A stretch of DNA of 64,000 nt from Candidatus Aenigmatarchaeota archaeon (GCA_016932735.1 JAFGCI010000006.1:36167-100166); one strand, 5' to 3'; counted from the stretch's first letter, positions 24,708 to 36,195 are shown. The notes: a model not told the origin generated them from the letters alone. Numbers and translations: made by a program.

Positions 24708-26522
24708 ATGATGACAGCAAAGAAAGAGCAGGAAAGAGCTGACGTTTATACCAACGGAATCTTCATAGGGGAAACAATAAAGCCTCTTGAGCTTGTGGAA
24801 GAGATAAGGAAAAAGAGAAGATTCAACATCATATCCTCCCAGATTAATGTGGCTTACTTCCCTGAAACAGAAGAGATAAGAATAAATACCGATTCGGGCA
24901 GGGCCAGAAGGCCTGTTGTTATTGTTGAAAATAAAAAACCGAAGCTTACCGACGAGCATATCAAGAAACTGCAGTCTGGTGAGATTGGGTGGTCATACCT
25001 GATTGAACATGGCATAGTTGAATATCTCGATGCTGAAGAGGAAGAAAATTCCTGCATTGCGATGAACCCTGATGGGGTAGAAAAGAACCACACACATGTT
25101 GAAATCCACCCTTCCATAATGCTCGGAACATCCGCCAATCTCATACCCTTCGCGGAATTCAACCGTGGCGACCGTGTAAACTACGGAGCCAAGATGGTGG
25201 GGCAGTCCATCGGAATGTTTACCAACAACTTCCTTGTAAGGACCGATACAAAATTCAACATACTCACATATCCGCAGGGGCCTCTGGTGACGACAAAAAT
25301 AGACAACATAATGGAAGAACATCCATACGGACAGAATATTGTCATTGCTGTAATGTCATGGGACGGTTACAACCTTAACGATGCTGTTGTGCTGAACAAG
25401 TCTTCAATTGACAGGGGCATGTTCAGGTCATTCTATTTCAGAACATATGAAACCCTCAAGAAAAAATACTGGGGAGGCCAGGAGGATACCATTGGAATCC
25501 CCGAGCCAGGAATAAGAGGTCATAGAGGCGATTCGGCTTATACAGAGCTGGATGTGGATGGTCTCATAAACCCGGAGACTGTGGTAAGTTCAGATGATGT
25601 GCTTATAGGAAAGACATCACCCCTGAGATTCCTTTCCAGCGAGGACATGATGAGCGACATCGAGAACAAGAGGGAATCGTCGCTGACCGTCAGGTATGGC
25701 GAGAAAGGCATTGTCGATGGCGTCTTCATGAGCGAAACAGTTGATGGTAACCAGATGTTCAAGATAAAGATAAGGGATGAAAGGATACCGGAACTGGGCG
25801 ACAAGTTCGCCACAAGGCACGGCCAGAAGGGTGTTGTTTCCCTCGTTGTTCCGGGAGAAGATATGCCTTATACCAGAGATGGCGTTGTTCCTGATTTAAT
25901 ATTCAATCCGCACGGCATTCCTTCAAGAATGACCGTCGGGCAGCTGCTCGAAATAATAGGCGGCAAGGCCGCGGCCCTTCAGGGCGAGAAGGTTGAAGCA
26001 TCAATCTTCAATGCAACGAAAGAGGAAGACATAAGAAAAGCGCTTGAGAAATTCGGTTTCAGGAATGACGGCAAGGAAATACTTTATGATGGAAGGACCG
26101 GAAGGAAGTACGAGGTCATGATATATACCGGTATGGCATTCTATATGAAACTTGACCATATGGTCGCCAACAAGATACAGACAAGGGGACGCGGCCCGGT
26201 TGCTCTTCTCACGAAACAGCCAACAGAAGGCCGTTCGAAGAAGGGCGGTTTGAGATTAGGAGAGATGGAGCAGCAGTGTCTGATGGCGCATGGCGCATCA
26301 CTCACTTTGAATGAAAGATTCAACTCCGATATGGTCTCCCTGCCGATATGCGCTAAATGTGGATTGCTGGCAATACACGACGAGATAAAGAACAAGAGCC
26401 ATTGTCCGGTGTGCAAGGAAGCCGACATCATATGGGTCAACACATCATTTGCATTCAAGCTTATGCTTGAAGAGATGAAATCCATGATGATATACCCGAG
26501 ACTCGGGGTTGAGGAGATTTGA
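24708..26522 (+). CDS. rpoB1: RNA polymerase subunit B' (C-terminal part of split RpoB)
   Basis: Contains 'GDKFATRHGQKGVVS' and 'NPHGIPSRMTVGQLLE' plus a C-terminal Zn-binding CPVC. Confidence 0.9.
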   Translation: MMTAKKEQERADVYTNGIFIGETIKPLELVEEIRKKRRFNIISSQINVAYFPETEEIRINTDSGRARRPVVIVENKKPKLTDEHIKKLQSGEIGWSYLIEHGIVEYLDAEEEENSCIAMNPDGVEKNHTHVEIHPSIMLGTSANLIPFAEFNRGDRVNYGAKMVGQSIGMFTNNFLVRTDTKFNILTYPQGPLVTTKIDNIMEEHPYGQNIVIAVMSWDGYNLNDAVVLNKSSIDRGMFRSFYFRTYETLKKKYWGGQEDTIGIPEPGIRGHRGDSAYTELDVDGLINPETVVSSDDVLIGKTSPLRFLSSEDMMSDIENKRESSLTVRYGEKGIVDGVFMSETVDGNQMFKIKIRDERIPELGDKFATRHGQKGVVSLVVPGEDMPYTRDGVVPDLIFNPHGIPSRMTVGQLLEIIGGKAAALQGEKVEASIFNATKEEDIRKALEKFGFRNDGKEILYDGRTGRKYEVMIYTGMAFYMKLDHMVANKIQTRGRGPVALLTKQPTEGRSKKGGLRLGEMEQQCLMAHGASLTLNERFNSDMVSLPICAKCGLLAIHDEIKNKSHCPVCKEADIIWVNTSFAFKLMLEEMKSMMIYPRLGVEEI

Positions 26523-26578
26523 AGTTCGGAAAGCCAAGACGTGCTTGGCAGGAATTCGCATGATATGGGTGGAGATAA

Positions 26579-29074
26579 ATGACAAGTAATATTAATTCAC
26601 TGGAATTCGGAATACTAAACCCCGAAATGGTCAGGCAGATGGCAACGATACGCATAGTTACATCTGATCTTTACGATGCTGACGGCTACCCGGTTGATGG
26701 CGGTGTAATGGATTCAAGGATGGGTGTCATTGACCCCGGAATGAGATGCAGGACATGCGGCGGCAACATTGACCAGTGCAAAGGTCATTTCGGCTATCTG
26801 GAGCTTGCAAAGCCTGTTGTTCATGTTTTATTTATCAAGGTCGTTTACAGCCTGATAAAGTGCACCTGCCAGAAATGCGGCAGAATCCTTACGAAATCAG
26901 AGAAGATCGGCCTTGAGAAGCTTGCAAAGAACATCCCTGCAAAATGCCCTTACTGCGATGCGCAGCAGAAAAAGGTTGTTTTTATCAAGCCGTACACGTT
27001 CAATCTGGGAAAAGATGAATTCGATTCAGAGAAAGTCAGGGAGATGTTTGAGAAAATACCGGACGAGGATCTGAAAAAAATCAAGTTCAGAGGCGGAAGG
27101 CCTGAATGGCTAGTGCTCACTCTTCTGCCGGTTTCGCCTGTCAATACAAGACCGTCAATTACGCTGGAAACGGGTGAAAGGTCCGAAGACGATCTTACAC
27201 ACAAGCTTGTCGACATTGTCAGGATAAACCAGTCACTCAGGGAGAACATAGACATAGGCGCTCCCGAATTCATTATCAACGATTTATGGGAACTTGTGCA
27301 GTATCATGTTTCAACCCTTTTTGATAACGAGCTTACGGGAATACCACAGGCACGGCATAGGTCGGGAAGGCCTTTGAGAGGGATGATACAGCGTCTGAAA
27401 GGCAAGGAAGGAAGAATAAGGGGAAATCTTCTCGGTAAGAGAGTCAACTTCTCAGCAAGGACTGTCATTTCACCTGATCCCATGCTTTCGGTAAATGAGG
27501 TAGGGGTTCCCGAAGAAGTTGCCAGCGAACTGACTATACCTGAGCATGTCACACCACTGAATATTGAGGTGGTAAAGAATATGATACTCACCGGCAAGGT
27601 TAATTACGTCCTGAGGCCGGATGGAAGAAAGATTAAAGTCACTGACGATAACAGGAATGACCTGATAAGGCTCATTGACAAAGGATGGATTATCGAGAGG
27701 AAGTTAAAAGATGGCGATGTGGTTCTTTTCAACAGACAGCCTTCGCTTCACAAGGTTTCAATAATGGCTCATTATGCTGTAGTCATGCCTTACAAGACTT
27801 TCAGGATGAATCCCTCGGTCTGCCCGCCATACAATGCAGATTTCGATGGGGACGAAATGAACCTCCATGCCCTGCAGACGCAGGAAGCAAGGACTGAAGC
27901 CTCCCTGCTGATGGATGTCAAGCATAACATAATATCACCGAAATTCGGAGGATCCCTTGTCGGCTTGGATCTGGACCAAGTTACAGGAATTTATATGCTT
28001 ACGAAAAACGGCGTGGAGTTTACACCTGAAGAGGCTGCAGACATGCTGGCAAGCGCCGGCATCGACGCCGAGCTTCCCAATAAAAAGAAAATAACAGGGA
28101 AGGATCTTGCAAGCATTCCCATCCCGAAAGAAATAAATATGAAATTTAAGGCCAATATATGCAGGCAGTGCGCAAAATGCGTCGGAGAGGATTGCAAGAA
28201 TGAGGGAATGGTTGTTATAAAGAAAGGCCAGCTGATATCAGGTGTCCTTGACAAGACGGCTATCGGCGCTTTTAAGGGAAAGATAATCAACAAGATAAAC
28301 ACGCTTGGTGACGACGAGCAGCTCAAGAATTTCATTGACGTTATGGGAAGGCTCGGGACTGCATATCTCATGAAGAGAGGCCTCACCATTGGTATTTCTG
28401 ATATAGATCTTTCGAAAAGCGTTATGAACGATATCCAGAAAGATATACAGGACGCTGTCAGTAAAGCCAACAAGCTCATTTCCAAGTATAATGAAGGGAG
28501 CATAAGGGCACTTCCGGGAATGACTGCCAAAGAGTCTCTCGAGGCACAGATGCTCAACACTCTTGCAGGTGGTCTGAACGAAGTCAGCAAGATAGTCGTG
28601 AAGAACATCTCATACAGTGATATTATCGCGATGACAGAATCCGGGGCAAAGGGGTCCAATATCAACACGACCCAGATGGCGGCATGCGTAGGTTCGGAGA
28701 CCATCCTCGGTGAAAGGATACAGAGAGGGTACATGGGCAGGACTCTTCCCCATTTCGAAGTGGGCGATTTGTCTGCCGCATCGCATGGTTTTGTAGCCCG
28801 CGGTTTTAAGGAAGGTCTTCTTCCGTATGAGTTCTTCTGGAACCTCATGAACGGAAGGGAAGGACTTATGGATAAGTCACTGAGGACAAGGAAATCCGGT
28901 TACATGCAAAGACGTCTTATAAACTCTCTTCAGGATCTCAAGGTCTTTGATGACATGACTGTAAGGGGTTCCAACGGGGAGATTATCCAGTTCTTTGCAG
29001 GCGAAGACGGAATAGACCCGTCCAAGTCGGACTGGGGCAAGCTGGAGTGGCAGAATTATATTACGGTTGGATGA
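26579..29074 (+). CDS. rpoA1: RNA polymerase subunit A' (RpoA1)
   Basis: N-terminal Zn motifs and the catalytic '[13 protein letters not shown]' motif. Confidence 0.9.
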   Translation: MTSNINSLEFGILNPEMVRQMATIRIVTSDLYDADGYPVDGGVMDSRMGVIDPGMRCRTCGGNIDQCKGHFGYLELAKPVVHVLFIKVVYSLIKCTCQKCGRILTKSEKIGLEKLAKNIPAKCPYCDAQQKKVVFIKPYTFNLGKDEFDSEKVREMFEKIPDEDLKKIKFRGGRPEWLVLTLLPVSPVNTRPSITLETGERSEDDLTHKLVDIVRINQSLRENIDIGAPEFIINDLWELVQYHVSTLFDNELTGIPQARHRSGRPLRGMIQRLKGKEGRIRGNLLGKRVNFSARTVISPDPMLSVNEVGVPEEVASELTIPEHVTPLNIEVVKNMILTGKVNYVLRPDGRKIKVTDDNRNDLIRLIDKGWIIERKLKDGDVVLFNRQPSLHKVSIMAHYAVVMPYKTFRMNPSVCPPYNADFDGDEMNLHALQTQEARTEASLLMDVKHNIISPKFGGSLVGLDLDQVTGIYMLTKNGVEFTPEEAADMLASAGIDAELPNKKKITGKDLASIPIPKEINMKFKANICRQCAKCVGEDCKNEGMVVIKKGQLISGVLDKTAIGAFKGKIINKINTLGDDEQLKNFIDVMGRLGTAYLMKRGLTIGISDIDLSKSVMNDIQKDIQDAVSKANKLISKYNEGSIRALPGMTAKESLEAQMLNTLAGGLNEVSKIVVKNISYSDIIAMTESGAKGSNINTTQMAACVGSETILGERIQRGYMGRTLPHFEVGDLSAASHGFVARGFKEGLLPYEFFWNLMNGREGLMDKSLRTRKSGYMQRRLINSLQDLKVFDDMTVRGSNGEIIQFFAGEDGIDPSKSDWGKLEWQNYITVG

Positions 29075-30503
29075 TGTTATGATGAAGTTACCGGAAAAGA
29101 TTGAACAGCAGGTTGAGGAATTCGCCAAAGAGAAGAAAATGACTCCTGATAAGAAGAAGAAGCTTCATGAAGAGGTCATGACGGCGTACAAAATGATGCT
29201 CTATTCACCTGAAGAGGCTATAGGCATCATAGCGGCCCAGTCTTTATCTGAGCCTGCCACGCAGATGACAATGCGAACATACCACTTTGCAGGTACTGCA
29301 GGTATACAGGTCACGCTCGGTCTGCCGAGGATTCTTGAGATATTCGATGCCAAAAAGGAACCAGAAACCCCCGCAATGACTATTTATATTGACAAGAAAC
29401 ACCAAACAGAACCCAAAGTTACCCATATAGCGGAGATGATTAAGGAAGTCAAGCTGAAGGATGTCGTCACAACAAGCATCATGGATGTCATAAACATGGT
29501 AGTAAAGTTCAGGCTGAACGATGAGAAAATCAAGAGGCTCGAAATAGATATCAAGAAGGTGTCATCCAAGATAAAAATCAAGAACATTGAAATAGGAGTT
29601 CAGGGAAAGGACCTCGTTGTGACTTCAAAGAAGGAAAATATAAACATCCACAAGCTCAGGTACAAGATACTTGAGAGCCATGTAAGCGGCATCAAAAACA
29701 TATCACAGGTCATAATTCAGAAAGATGAATTCGACGAATGGGTCATACATACCTTAGGTTCGAACCTGAAGAAGGTATGCGAGATAGAAGGCGTAGATGG
29801 AACAAGAACTACGACGAACAATATATTCGAAATCAAGGAAGTATTCGGTATAGAAGCCGCAAGGAACGCCATAATAAAGGAGGCAATGCACACCATAGAA
29901 GAGCAGGGCCTTGGTGTTGATATAAGGTATGTCATGCTTCTTGCGGACATAATGACATTCAATGAAAAGATAATGGGCATCGGCAGGTATGGCATTGCCG
30001 GGCACAAGCATTCAATAATCGCTAGGGCTTCCTTCGAGGAAACAAAGAAACATCTTATTGATGCGGCTGTCAAGGGTCTGAAAGACGACCTTTCCGGCTC
30101 AGTCGAGAATATAATAATGAACAAAGTCGCTCCCATGGGAACAGGAAGCTTCACGCTCATAGGCAGTCTTCCAAAGGTCCCTTCCGAAATCAAAAAGGAG
30201 TACGAGAAGATTGAAAAGGAAATGACAAAAAGAAGGGAAGAGGTTGAGGCTGAAAGGCTGAAGGTTCTGGAAGAACAGAAGCAGGCCGAAAAGGTTGCTG
30301 AAGAACCAAAAGCTGAACTCCTCACAGAAGAACCGAAGACAGAAAAACAGAAAGAGGAGAAGGCAGCCAAAAAGACTGAAAAGAAGGCAAAGGTTGGGGA
30401 GAAGACCAAGAAGGAGCCAAAGACAAGAATTGCTAAGAAAAAACCGGCTACAGAAAAAGCCAAGAAGTCTGCTTCTTCTGAAACGAAAAAGAAAAAGAAA
30501 TAA
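29067..30503 (+). CDS. rpoA2: RNA polymerase subunit A'' (RpoA2) with about 110-aa K/E-rich C-terminal extension
   Basis: A''/Rpb1 C-terminal homology ('[24 protein letters not shown]', '[18 protein letters not shown]'). The tail after about residue 370 is lysine/glutamate-rich low complexity ending in KKKKK. Confidence 0.85.
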   Translation: MDDVMMKLPEKIEQQVEEFAKEKKMTPDKKKKLHEEVMTAYKMMLYSPEEAIGIIAAQSLSEPATQMTMRTYHFAGTAGIQVTLGLPRILEIFDAKKEPETPAMTIYIDKKHQTEPKVTHIAEMIKEVKLKDVVTTSIMDVINMVVKFRLNDEKIKRLEIDIKKVSSKIKIKNIEIGVQGKDLVVTSKKENINIHKLRYKILESHVSGIKNISQVIIQKDEFDEWVIHTLGSNLKKVCEIEGVDGTRTTTNNIFEIKEVFGIEAARNAIIKEAMHTIEEQGLGVDIRYVMLLADIMTFNEKIMGIGRYGIAGHKHSIIARASFEETKKHLIDAAVKGLKDDLSGSVENIIMNKVAPMGTGSFTLIGSLPKVPSEIKKEYEKIEKEMTKRREEVEAERLKVLEEQKQAEKVAEEPKAELLTEEPKTEKQKEEKAAKKTEKKAKVGEKTKKEPKTRIAKKKPATEKAKKSASSETKKKKK

Positions 30504-30603
30504 ATACTTAACTTTTTATCTATTAGTACACCTATACATACAACATATAAAGAACGGCTGCTAATAGATTCTGAATAAAGCGGGCCATTAAAAGGCGGAT
30601 ATT

Positions 30604-31140
30604 ATGCTCAAAACAGGATATGAATTCCCCGAAGGCGTTACGGCAACGCTGGAAGACACGGAGATTGTCGTAAAAGGTCCCAGAGGGGAGCTTAAAGAGA
30701 AGATGTCGCACCCTAAAATAGACCTGAAGGTGGACAAGAACGTAATGATTGTAACTTCTGAAGACGAAAACAAAAGGACAAAGGCTGTCATGTGGACATG
30801 GAAAGCCCTCGCAAAAAGCATGACAATCGGCGTCACTGAGGGATGGCAATGTGATCTCAAGCTTGTATACTCGCATTTCCCTGTAAAGCTTAAGCAGGAA
30901 GGCAGCAAGCTCATCATAGAGAATTTCCTTGGCGAAAGGGAAAAGAAGGAAGTTACTATTCCAAGCGAGGTTAAGCTCGAAATTAATGGCAATGACCTGA
31001 AAGTTACAGGCAATGACAAGGAAAAGGTCGGGCAGGCAGCGGCTCTGATAGAGCAGAGGGTCACTGTCAAGAAATTCGACAGAAGGGTATTTCAGGACGG
31101 TATTTACAAGATAGGAAAAACCCATACACTTGAAACTTAA
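30604..31140 (+). CDS. rpl6: ribosomal protein uL6
   Basis: Two-domain L6 pattern: 'EFPEGVTATLEDTEIVVKGPRGEL' and 'IPSEVKLEINGNDLKVTGNDKEKVGQ'. Confidence 0.8.
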   Translation: MLKTGYEFPEGVTATLEDTEIVVKGPRGELKEKMSHPKIDLKVDKNVMIVTSEDENKRTKAVMWTWKALAKSMTIGVTEGWQCDLKLVYSHFPVKLKQEGSKLIIENFLGEREKKEVTIPSEVKLEINGNDLKVTGNDKEKVGQAAALIEQRVTVKKFDRRVFQDGIYKIGKTHTLET

Positions 31141-31142
31141 TA

Positions 31143-31535
31143 TTGATGATGATTATGGTCGATTCAAAGAAACTTGAACTAAAGAAAAAAATTAAGAAGA
31201 AGAAACCCTCATTCAAGAGGCAGGAAGAGTACAGGCATGTCAGGCTCAAGGATACCTGGAGGAAGCCCAGGGGAAAACAAAGCAAACAGAGGATGCATGA
31301 AAAGGGCAGAGGCGCACAGCCGAATCCCGGGTATGGGACTCCTGCAGAGCTGAGAGGCTTTAACAGGGACGGATTTGAGGAAATCCTTGTAAATAACATC
31401 AGCGATATTTCATCAATTGACCCAAAGACACAGGTAGCTGTAATAGCTTCCGGCGTAGGCGCGAAGAAAAAGGAAACAATTATGGCGAAAGCCATTGAAT
31501 TAAAGATAAAAATAACCAACGCCAAATCATTGTAG
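31143..31535 (+). CDS. rpl32e: ribosomal protein eL32
   Basis: 'FKRQEEYRHVRLKDTWRKPRGKQSKQRMHEKGRGAQPNPGYG' and 'VAVIASGVGAKKK' are L32e signatures. Confidence 0.8.
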   Translation: MMMIMVDSKKLELKKKIKKKKPSFKRQEEYRHVRLKDTWRKPRGKQSKQRMHEKGRGAQPNPGYGTPAELRGFNRDGFEEILVNNISDISSIDPKTQVAVIASGVGAKKKETIMAKAIELKIKITNAKSL

Positions 31536-31547
31536 AGGCGTTTGAGA

Positions 31548-31718
31548 ATGAACACAGTTCTGATATCTTTCCATAACCGTTGTCCCATTTGTGGGACCAA
31601 CGGAAGCATCTGGAACAAAAAGCCAGAGATATTTATGTGCCCTCACTGCTCAAGCGTATATTCTGAATTCGGGCTCGTTCTGACACCGCAGGAAGATCAG
31701 GAAGAGCTTTGGTCTTAG
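31548..31718 (+). CDS. small zinc-ribbon protein (56 aa; CPICG...CPHC)
   Basis: Hand-translated ORF MNTVLISFHNRCPICGTNGSIWNKKPEIFMCPHCSSVYSEFGLVLTPQEDQEELWS. It sits directly after rpl32e and falls below the ORF-track cutoff. Confidence 0.35.
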   Translation: MNTVLISFHNRCPICGTNGSIWNKKPEIFMCPHCSSVYSEFGLVLTPQEDQEELWS

Positions 31719-32011
31719 AATTTACAACCAAATTTTTCCAAATCTATTTTATTGTTCTTAATCTCAATACCTTCTTTTCTTAGAAGTTCTATCTTCTTTT
31801 TCGTTCCTTTTGCGAATCCTCCCGCCTTCCCATCGGAACGAACAACCCTATGGCAGGGAACGATTATAGGAGTCGGATTCTTATTAAGTGCATTGCCGAC
31901 AGCTCTTGAAGCATCCGGATTTCCTATTATTTCTGCTATCTCAGAATATGTTGAAACACTACCTTTTGGAATGCGCTTTACGGCTTTAAAGACTTTCTCT
32001 GAGAAATTCAT
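31715..32011 (-). CDS. ogt: methylated-DNA-protein-cysteine methyltransferase (Ogt/MGMT), short single-domain form
   Basis: Active-site 'PCHRVV' and the HTH 'YSEIAEIIGNPDASRAVGNALNKNP'. Confidence 0.75.
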   Translation of the reverse strand: MNFSEKVFKAVKRIPKGSVSTYSEIAEIIGNPDASRAVGNALNKNPTPIIVPCHRVVRSDGKAGGFAKGTKKKIELLRKEGIEIKNNKIDLEKFGCKF

Positions 32012-32015
32012 AAAA

Positions 32016-32399
32016 TCATGCTGATTTTTTGACTGGCCTGCCTCTCTGCTTTATTATATAAGTGGTTCCAAGCCATTTCTTATCAAGGAACTGTTCCGCT
32101 CCGGTTCCTGCGACAAGCTGTGCATTCGTGACTTCGGTGGCACCGCTTCTTATCGCATTGCGGTAATTGTTAAGCATGAGCTCTGCGGCATTTCTCAGAA
32201 GCGAATGCGTGTGTGCCTGCCTGTAGGAAGTTATATCCCTGATCCATGGCTTTCTGATAGTGCATCCGGAGACGCCAAGTGCACCGGCTAAATACGTGAC
32301 GATATTAACTCCATCAGGAACCCCGTCGATTCTTTTGCCATCATACTCGTCTGCCACCTTCCGGTACATATCCATTAGTCTGTTCATATCTCCTCTCAT
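32016..32399 (-). CDS. hypothetical protein (127 aa)
   Basis: ORF with a 4-nt gap to ogt. Confidence 0.45.
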   Translation of the reverse strand: MRGDMNRLMDMYRKVADEYDGKRIDGVPDGVNIVTYLAGALGVSGCTIRKPWIRDITSYRQAHTHSLLRNAAELMLNNYRNAIRSGATEVTNAQLVAGTGAEQFLDKKWLGTTYIIKQRGRPVKKSA

Positions 32400-32798
32400 A
32401 AAACCGCCTTAAAGATGATTGGATAAAGAAAATAAAAGGTTGATATGTTCAGAAAAATCAGTCTCATTCTCCGGATGCTGCATATTGTTCAGAAGAATCG
32501 ACCCCAAGAACTCTGCCGTAAGCAATGCTACTAATTTTACTATAAGAACTACTTTTTGATATCGGGTCATCAATGCTATAACTTCATGAGTATGGTTTAA
32601 ACCTCTTCTCAATTTGAATGATATTTGCTTAATTAAACTAATGTTTCTATTAGTCAAATTCATATTTACCAAAACTACAATAATCAAGACTTCAATGATT
32701 TTATTATTGAAGAATCTTGGCTCGAAACGCTTTCTAAACTCATCTTCCTTATATATTTATAAAATTTAATTATTATATAGTAACAATAGGTAATATCG

Positions 32799-33407
32799 AT
32801 GACAGATTTCATAAGCTTTGTAGCTTTCTATCATTTAATGGGTGATAATAACAACGATTCATATGATTTCAATAAAATATACTCTGATTATACCAGACAG
32901 AACGGAGTAATGAGTGATGAGTTTGCAGATATTGCGTTTGGTCCTCTAATTCGAACCGTGGAAACTCTACTGCCAGAAAAATCTAGAATAGGTGAAATGG
33001 GATGCAGCTACGGGGATTTTCTTTTGTCCCTCAGACGGAGAGGTTATAACAACACTGTAGGTTTTGAAAGTCAGAAAGGCCCTCTTGAAACCGCAAGAAG
33101 ACGTGGGCTTGATGTGCAGCAGATAAATAATTATACAGGCTCACATGAGCTTAAAAGAAAGGGACCATTTGACGGAATTATAGCCAATCGGGTATTTGAG
33201 TACCCTGTCATGAATAGAGTTGATTCAGAGTTCTTATCAAAGCAAATCGTGAGGTCTCTGAAGAGTGGCGGTTACCTTGTATTGGGCTCAACAGAAAAGG
33301 AAAGAATATATCTTTACGAGTTTGACAGAATCCTGAAAAGGGTTTTCTGCAAAAATATGCCCGATGAAAGTTATGTGAGAGCTTTAGTAACATACAGAAA
33401 ACAGTAG
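32799..33407 (+). CDS. class I SAM-dependent methyltransferase (tentative)
   Basis: Motif I-like 'IGEMGCSYGDF' and 'GGYLVLGS'. Confidence 0.5.
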   Translation: MTDFISFVAFYHLMGDNNNDSYDFNKIYSDYTRQNGVMSDEFADIAFGPLIRTVETLLPEKSRIGEMGCSYGDFLLSLRRRGYNNTVGFESQKGPLETARRRGLDVQQINNYTGSHELKRKGPFDGIIANRVFEYPVMNRVDSEFLSKQIVRSLKSGGYLVLGSTEKERIYLYEFDRILKRVFCKNMPDESYVRALVTYRKQ

Positions 33408-33447
33408 TTATGTGATTATTTAATAAGCAAAAAAACAAGAAATAGAT

Positions 33448-33843
33448 ATGACTGACACCAAGGAACATAAAAAGATAGCAAAGGATGATGTAATCCGCTT
33501 CGTCCTGAAAGAAGTGATGAAGGAGAAGAAAAGGGTCGAGAGCCAGCAGGAGCTAACCGAACTGGTTAAGAAAAGGCTCTCTAAAACAGAAGGAGCGACA
33601 GTCTCCGCCCAGAGATTAAGGCTCCTTGCGACAGAAACTCCGGGAATAAGCATACTGGCCGAGACAAGGGAAGGCGACGTCCCCGAGAAATGCCCTGTCT
33701 GCTATCGCTCCCTGAAGAAAAGAAAAATGAAGAACCTTAAAGGGAAAAACATCGTATTCGGATACACTTGTCCGAAGTGCGGCTTTGAATCGGACAGCAC
33801 GAAGATTGCCCCCAGAAAATATGTCTTCGTTTATGATGGATAA
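33448..33843 (+). CDS. hypothetical zinc-ribbon protein (CPVC...CPKC)
   Basis: ORF with a C-terminal CxxC-x18-CxxC. Confidence 0.45.
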   Translation: MTDTKEHKKIAKDDVIRFVLKEVMKEKKRVESQQELTELVKKRLSKTEGATVSAQRLRLLATETPGISILAETREGDVPEKCPVCYRSLKKRKMKNLKGKNIVFGYTCPKCGFESDSTKIAPRKYVFVYDG

Positions 33844-33879
33844 GCACTTGTTTTTAAAATTTGCCATGATTTCTATTTC

Positions 33880-34443
33880 ATGAATTATAGGCATATTAGC
33901 AAGGTTCCGGGATGGAGAGGTCTTTACGCTCCCGATAGAAGCGCAGCTTTAGACGGAACCAGTAATTTGCTAATAGGGGTCCATTCTTATTTCAATGGAA
34001 TTGGCGGCTATTATGATACAGTATTGCCAAAGCAAGATGAAGAAATCCAAAAACGCCTGATTTCTAAAATGAGATTTAACGGTAGGTACAGGAATAATGT
34101 CGACCAGGCAATTGTAAATTGGAACGGTACAGTGCTTTTAATGGAGGAAAGAGATAGGATAAGCCTCAATTCAGCTCATGTTGTCGGTAATCTGGGAAGA
34201 CGTAATAACATTTATTTTCTTAGAACGGGTATTGCAGATACTGAATTTGAGGATATGGGATGGGAAGAATTTACTGAATTCGCAGGAAATTTCCCGCGTC
34301 CTGTCTTTCTTATGGGAGGGAGATTAAGGAAATTCTCGAATGATATTAACGAAGATATGGGTTGTCTTGGATATCATGCATATGAGATGGAAGAAAGCGG
34401 CATTCCTGTCAGGTTCTTAAGGGGGGTAACGTTCTTTGGATAG
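33880..34443 (+). CDS. hypothetical protein (187 aa)
   Basis: ORF only. Confidence 0.4.
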   Translation: MNYRHISKVPGWRGLYAPDRSAALDGTSNLLIGVHSYFNGIGGYYDTVLPKQDEEIQKRLISKMRFNGRYRNNVDQAIVNWNGTVLLMEERDRISLNSAHVVGNLGRRNNIYFLRTGIADTEFEDMGWEEFTEFAGNFPRPVFLMGGRLRKFSNDINEDMGCLGYHAYEMEESGIPVRFLRGVTFFG

Positions 34444-34449
34444 AAATAT

Positions 34450-35475
34450 TTATATATATTTCAGAACCGCGTTCCTTCTCAGTTCTTCTAAATTCGATGC
34501 GTTCACTAAGAACATCGCTGTCCTGAGTTCTTTTGCAATCCTTTCAAAATAAGCGACAACCTCCTCAAAACCTTCCGTTGCGGGCTTGAGGACAGGCAGC
34601 GCGAATCCGACAAGGTTCGCCCCCATGACCAATGCCTTTGCGGCATCAATCCCGCTCCTGATTCCACCTGAAGCGATTAACGGGAGCTTGACTTCCTGCC
34701 TGACTTCCGTAAGGGCCTGAGCTGTGGGTATTCCCCATTCATTGAAAGTGTCAGAGCTGTTGTTCCTGTATTGCTCGACCTTGGTCCATGATGTTCCGCC
34801 TGCTCCTGCTATGTCTATGGCAGAAACCTTGCACTCTTTCAGCTCTTTTGCAACCCTTCCGGATATGCCGTTTCCGACTTCCTTCACTATAACCGGAAAT
34901 TTAACGGAGGATGCGACTTCCTTGATTTTATGGAAGACTCCCTGCCAGTTGGTGTCGCCTTCTTTCTGGACAGCCTCCTGAGCCGCATTAAGATGGATGC
35001 ACAGCGCATCAAGCCTGAGGTCTGAAACGAGCGAATCTATCTGCTCTATGTTGTATTCAGGCAACTGAACAGCGCCTATGTTGCCCGCGATGAACGCGGA
35101 AGGCGCGACATCCCTTACTTCATAGCTCTTTTTCTTTGAGGGGTCTTTCAGCATGGCTCTCTGGCTTCCGAGGCCGAAGCCTATGCCAAGGCTCTCGGCG
35201 GCCTTTGCAAGCGTCTTGTTTATTTTTTCCGCCTCATTGGTCCCGCCCGTTATCGCGCAGATGAAAAAAGGATAATTGAACGGCTTCCCAAGGAATCCTG
35301 TCGAAAGGTCGATATCGCCGATATTCACATCCGGAAGGGCGCAGTGTTCGAGTTCATACCGCTCAAATCCCGTCTTCTTACTGAAAGAAACATCCTCATC
35401 AAGGCAGATTCTTATGTGGTCTGCCTTCCTGTTCTCAATTGTCTTGTCTTCTGCCATAAAATACCTAATTATCAT
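34450..35475 (-). CDS. fni: isopentenyl-diphosphate delta-isomerase type 2 (FMN-dependent, Fni/IDI-2)
   Basis: 'RKADHIRI' N-terminus, 'CAITGGT', a 'GAGGTSW' FMN/TIM-barrel motif, 341 aa. Confidence 0.85.
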   Translation of the reverse strand: MIIRYFMAEDKTIENRKADHIRICLDEDVSFSKKTGFERYELEHCALPDVNIGDIDLSTGFLGKPFNYPFFICAITGGTNEAEKINKTLAKAAESLGIGFGLGSQRAMLKDPSKKKSYEVRDVAPSAFIAGNIGAVQLPEYNIEQIDSLVSDLRLDALCIHLNAAQEAVQKEGDTNWQGVFHKIKEVASSVKFPVIVKEVGNGISGRVAKELKECKVSAIDIAGAGGTSWTKVEQYRNNSSDTFNEWGIPTAQALTEVRQEVKLPLIASGGIRSGIDAAKALVMGANLVGFALPVLKPATEGFEEVVAYFERIAKELRTAMFLVNASNLEELRRNAVLKYI

Positions 35476-35618
35476 TTATGATAACTTTCTTAAATATGAT
35501 TCAATAAAGCATCTAACTGCATAATTTGAACAATCATTTAATTGTTTACCGGTATAAAGGCCTTATATATCCGGATTGAATCTGTGAGATATATAAGACA
35601 AGGTACCAATAGCTTTGT

Positions 35619-36195
35619 TATGAAAGATAAAGACCTTGTCAACCTGATTTTCGAATGGGGCCACCTCAGGAAGATAAAGCATGAAGGCTTCCGCTATCTC
35701 GGTGTATCGGACCCGGAGAGCGTCGCCGAGCATAACCTGCACGCAGCACAGATAGCTTATGTTATTGCCAAGATGGAAAAATACAAAAATCCTCTTGAAG
35801 TCGTCGCCATATCAGTATTCCATGAAATAGGAGAATCGAGAATAGGCGATGTTCACAGGATAGGAGACCGATACATAACAAAGGATGAGGAGAGAGCCGT
35901 AAGAGACCAGCTTGAGAAGTTCGATTTCAAAAATGAAATCCTGAAACTTTGGGAGCAGTCTGAGAATCGTTCAACGAAGGCCGGTAACATCGCGAAGGAT
36001 GCAGACCTTCTCCAGACATGCTTTGTCATCAGGGAGCTTCAGGAGCACGGCCATAATACAGGAGACTGGATTGAGAACACAAGGAAATACCTGAAGACAG
36101 AATCAGCAAAGAGTCTTCTTGATGCGCTTGAAAAGACCAGTCCATTGGATTGGATGAAAGACCTAAAGACTTTCAGAAACCTCGAGAAAAAATAG
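35619..36195 (+). CDS. HD-domain phosphohydrolase (YfbR-like 5'-deoxynucleotidase)
   Basis: 'HNLHAAQIAYVIA...VFHEIGESRIGDVHR' H...HD...D motif set. Start uncertain (the ORF is open from 35542). Confidence 0.65.

Noticed and set aside
27991-30463. Long minus-strand ORFs (27991..28848, 29717..30463) and several short ones inside rpoA'/rpoA''
   Set aside because: Antisense to highly conserved RNAP subunit genes.
30532-31618. Minus-strand ORFs 30532..31125, 30588..31070 and 31067..31618
   Set aside because: Antisense to the uL6 and eL32 ribosomal protein genes.
32409-32687. 92-aa minus-strand ORF upstream of the methyltransferase gene
   Set aside because: Very AT-rich intergenic region, probably a promoter. 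The sequence has no start context and the protein is low-complexity.
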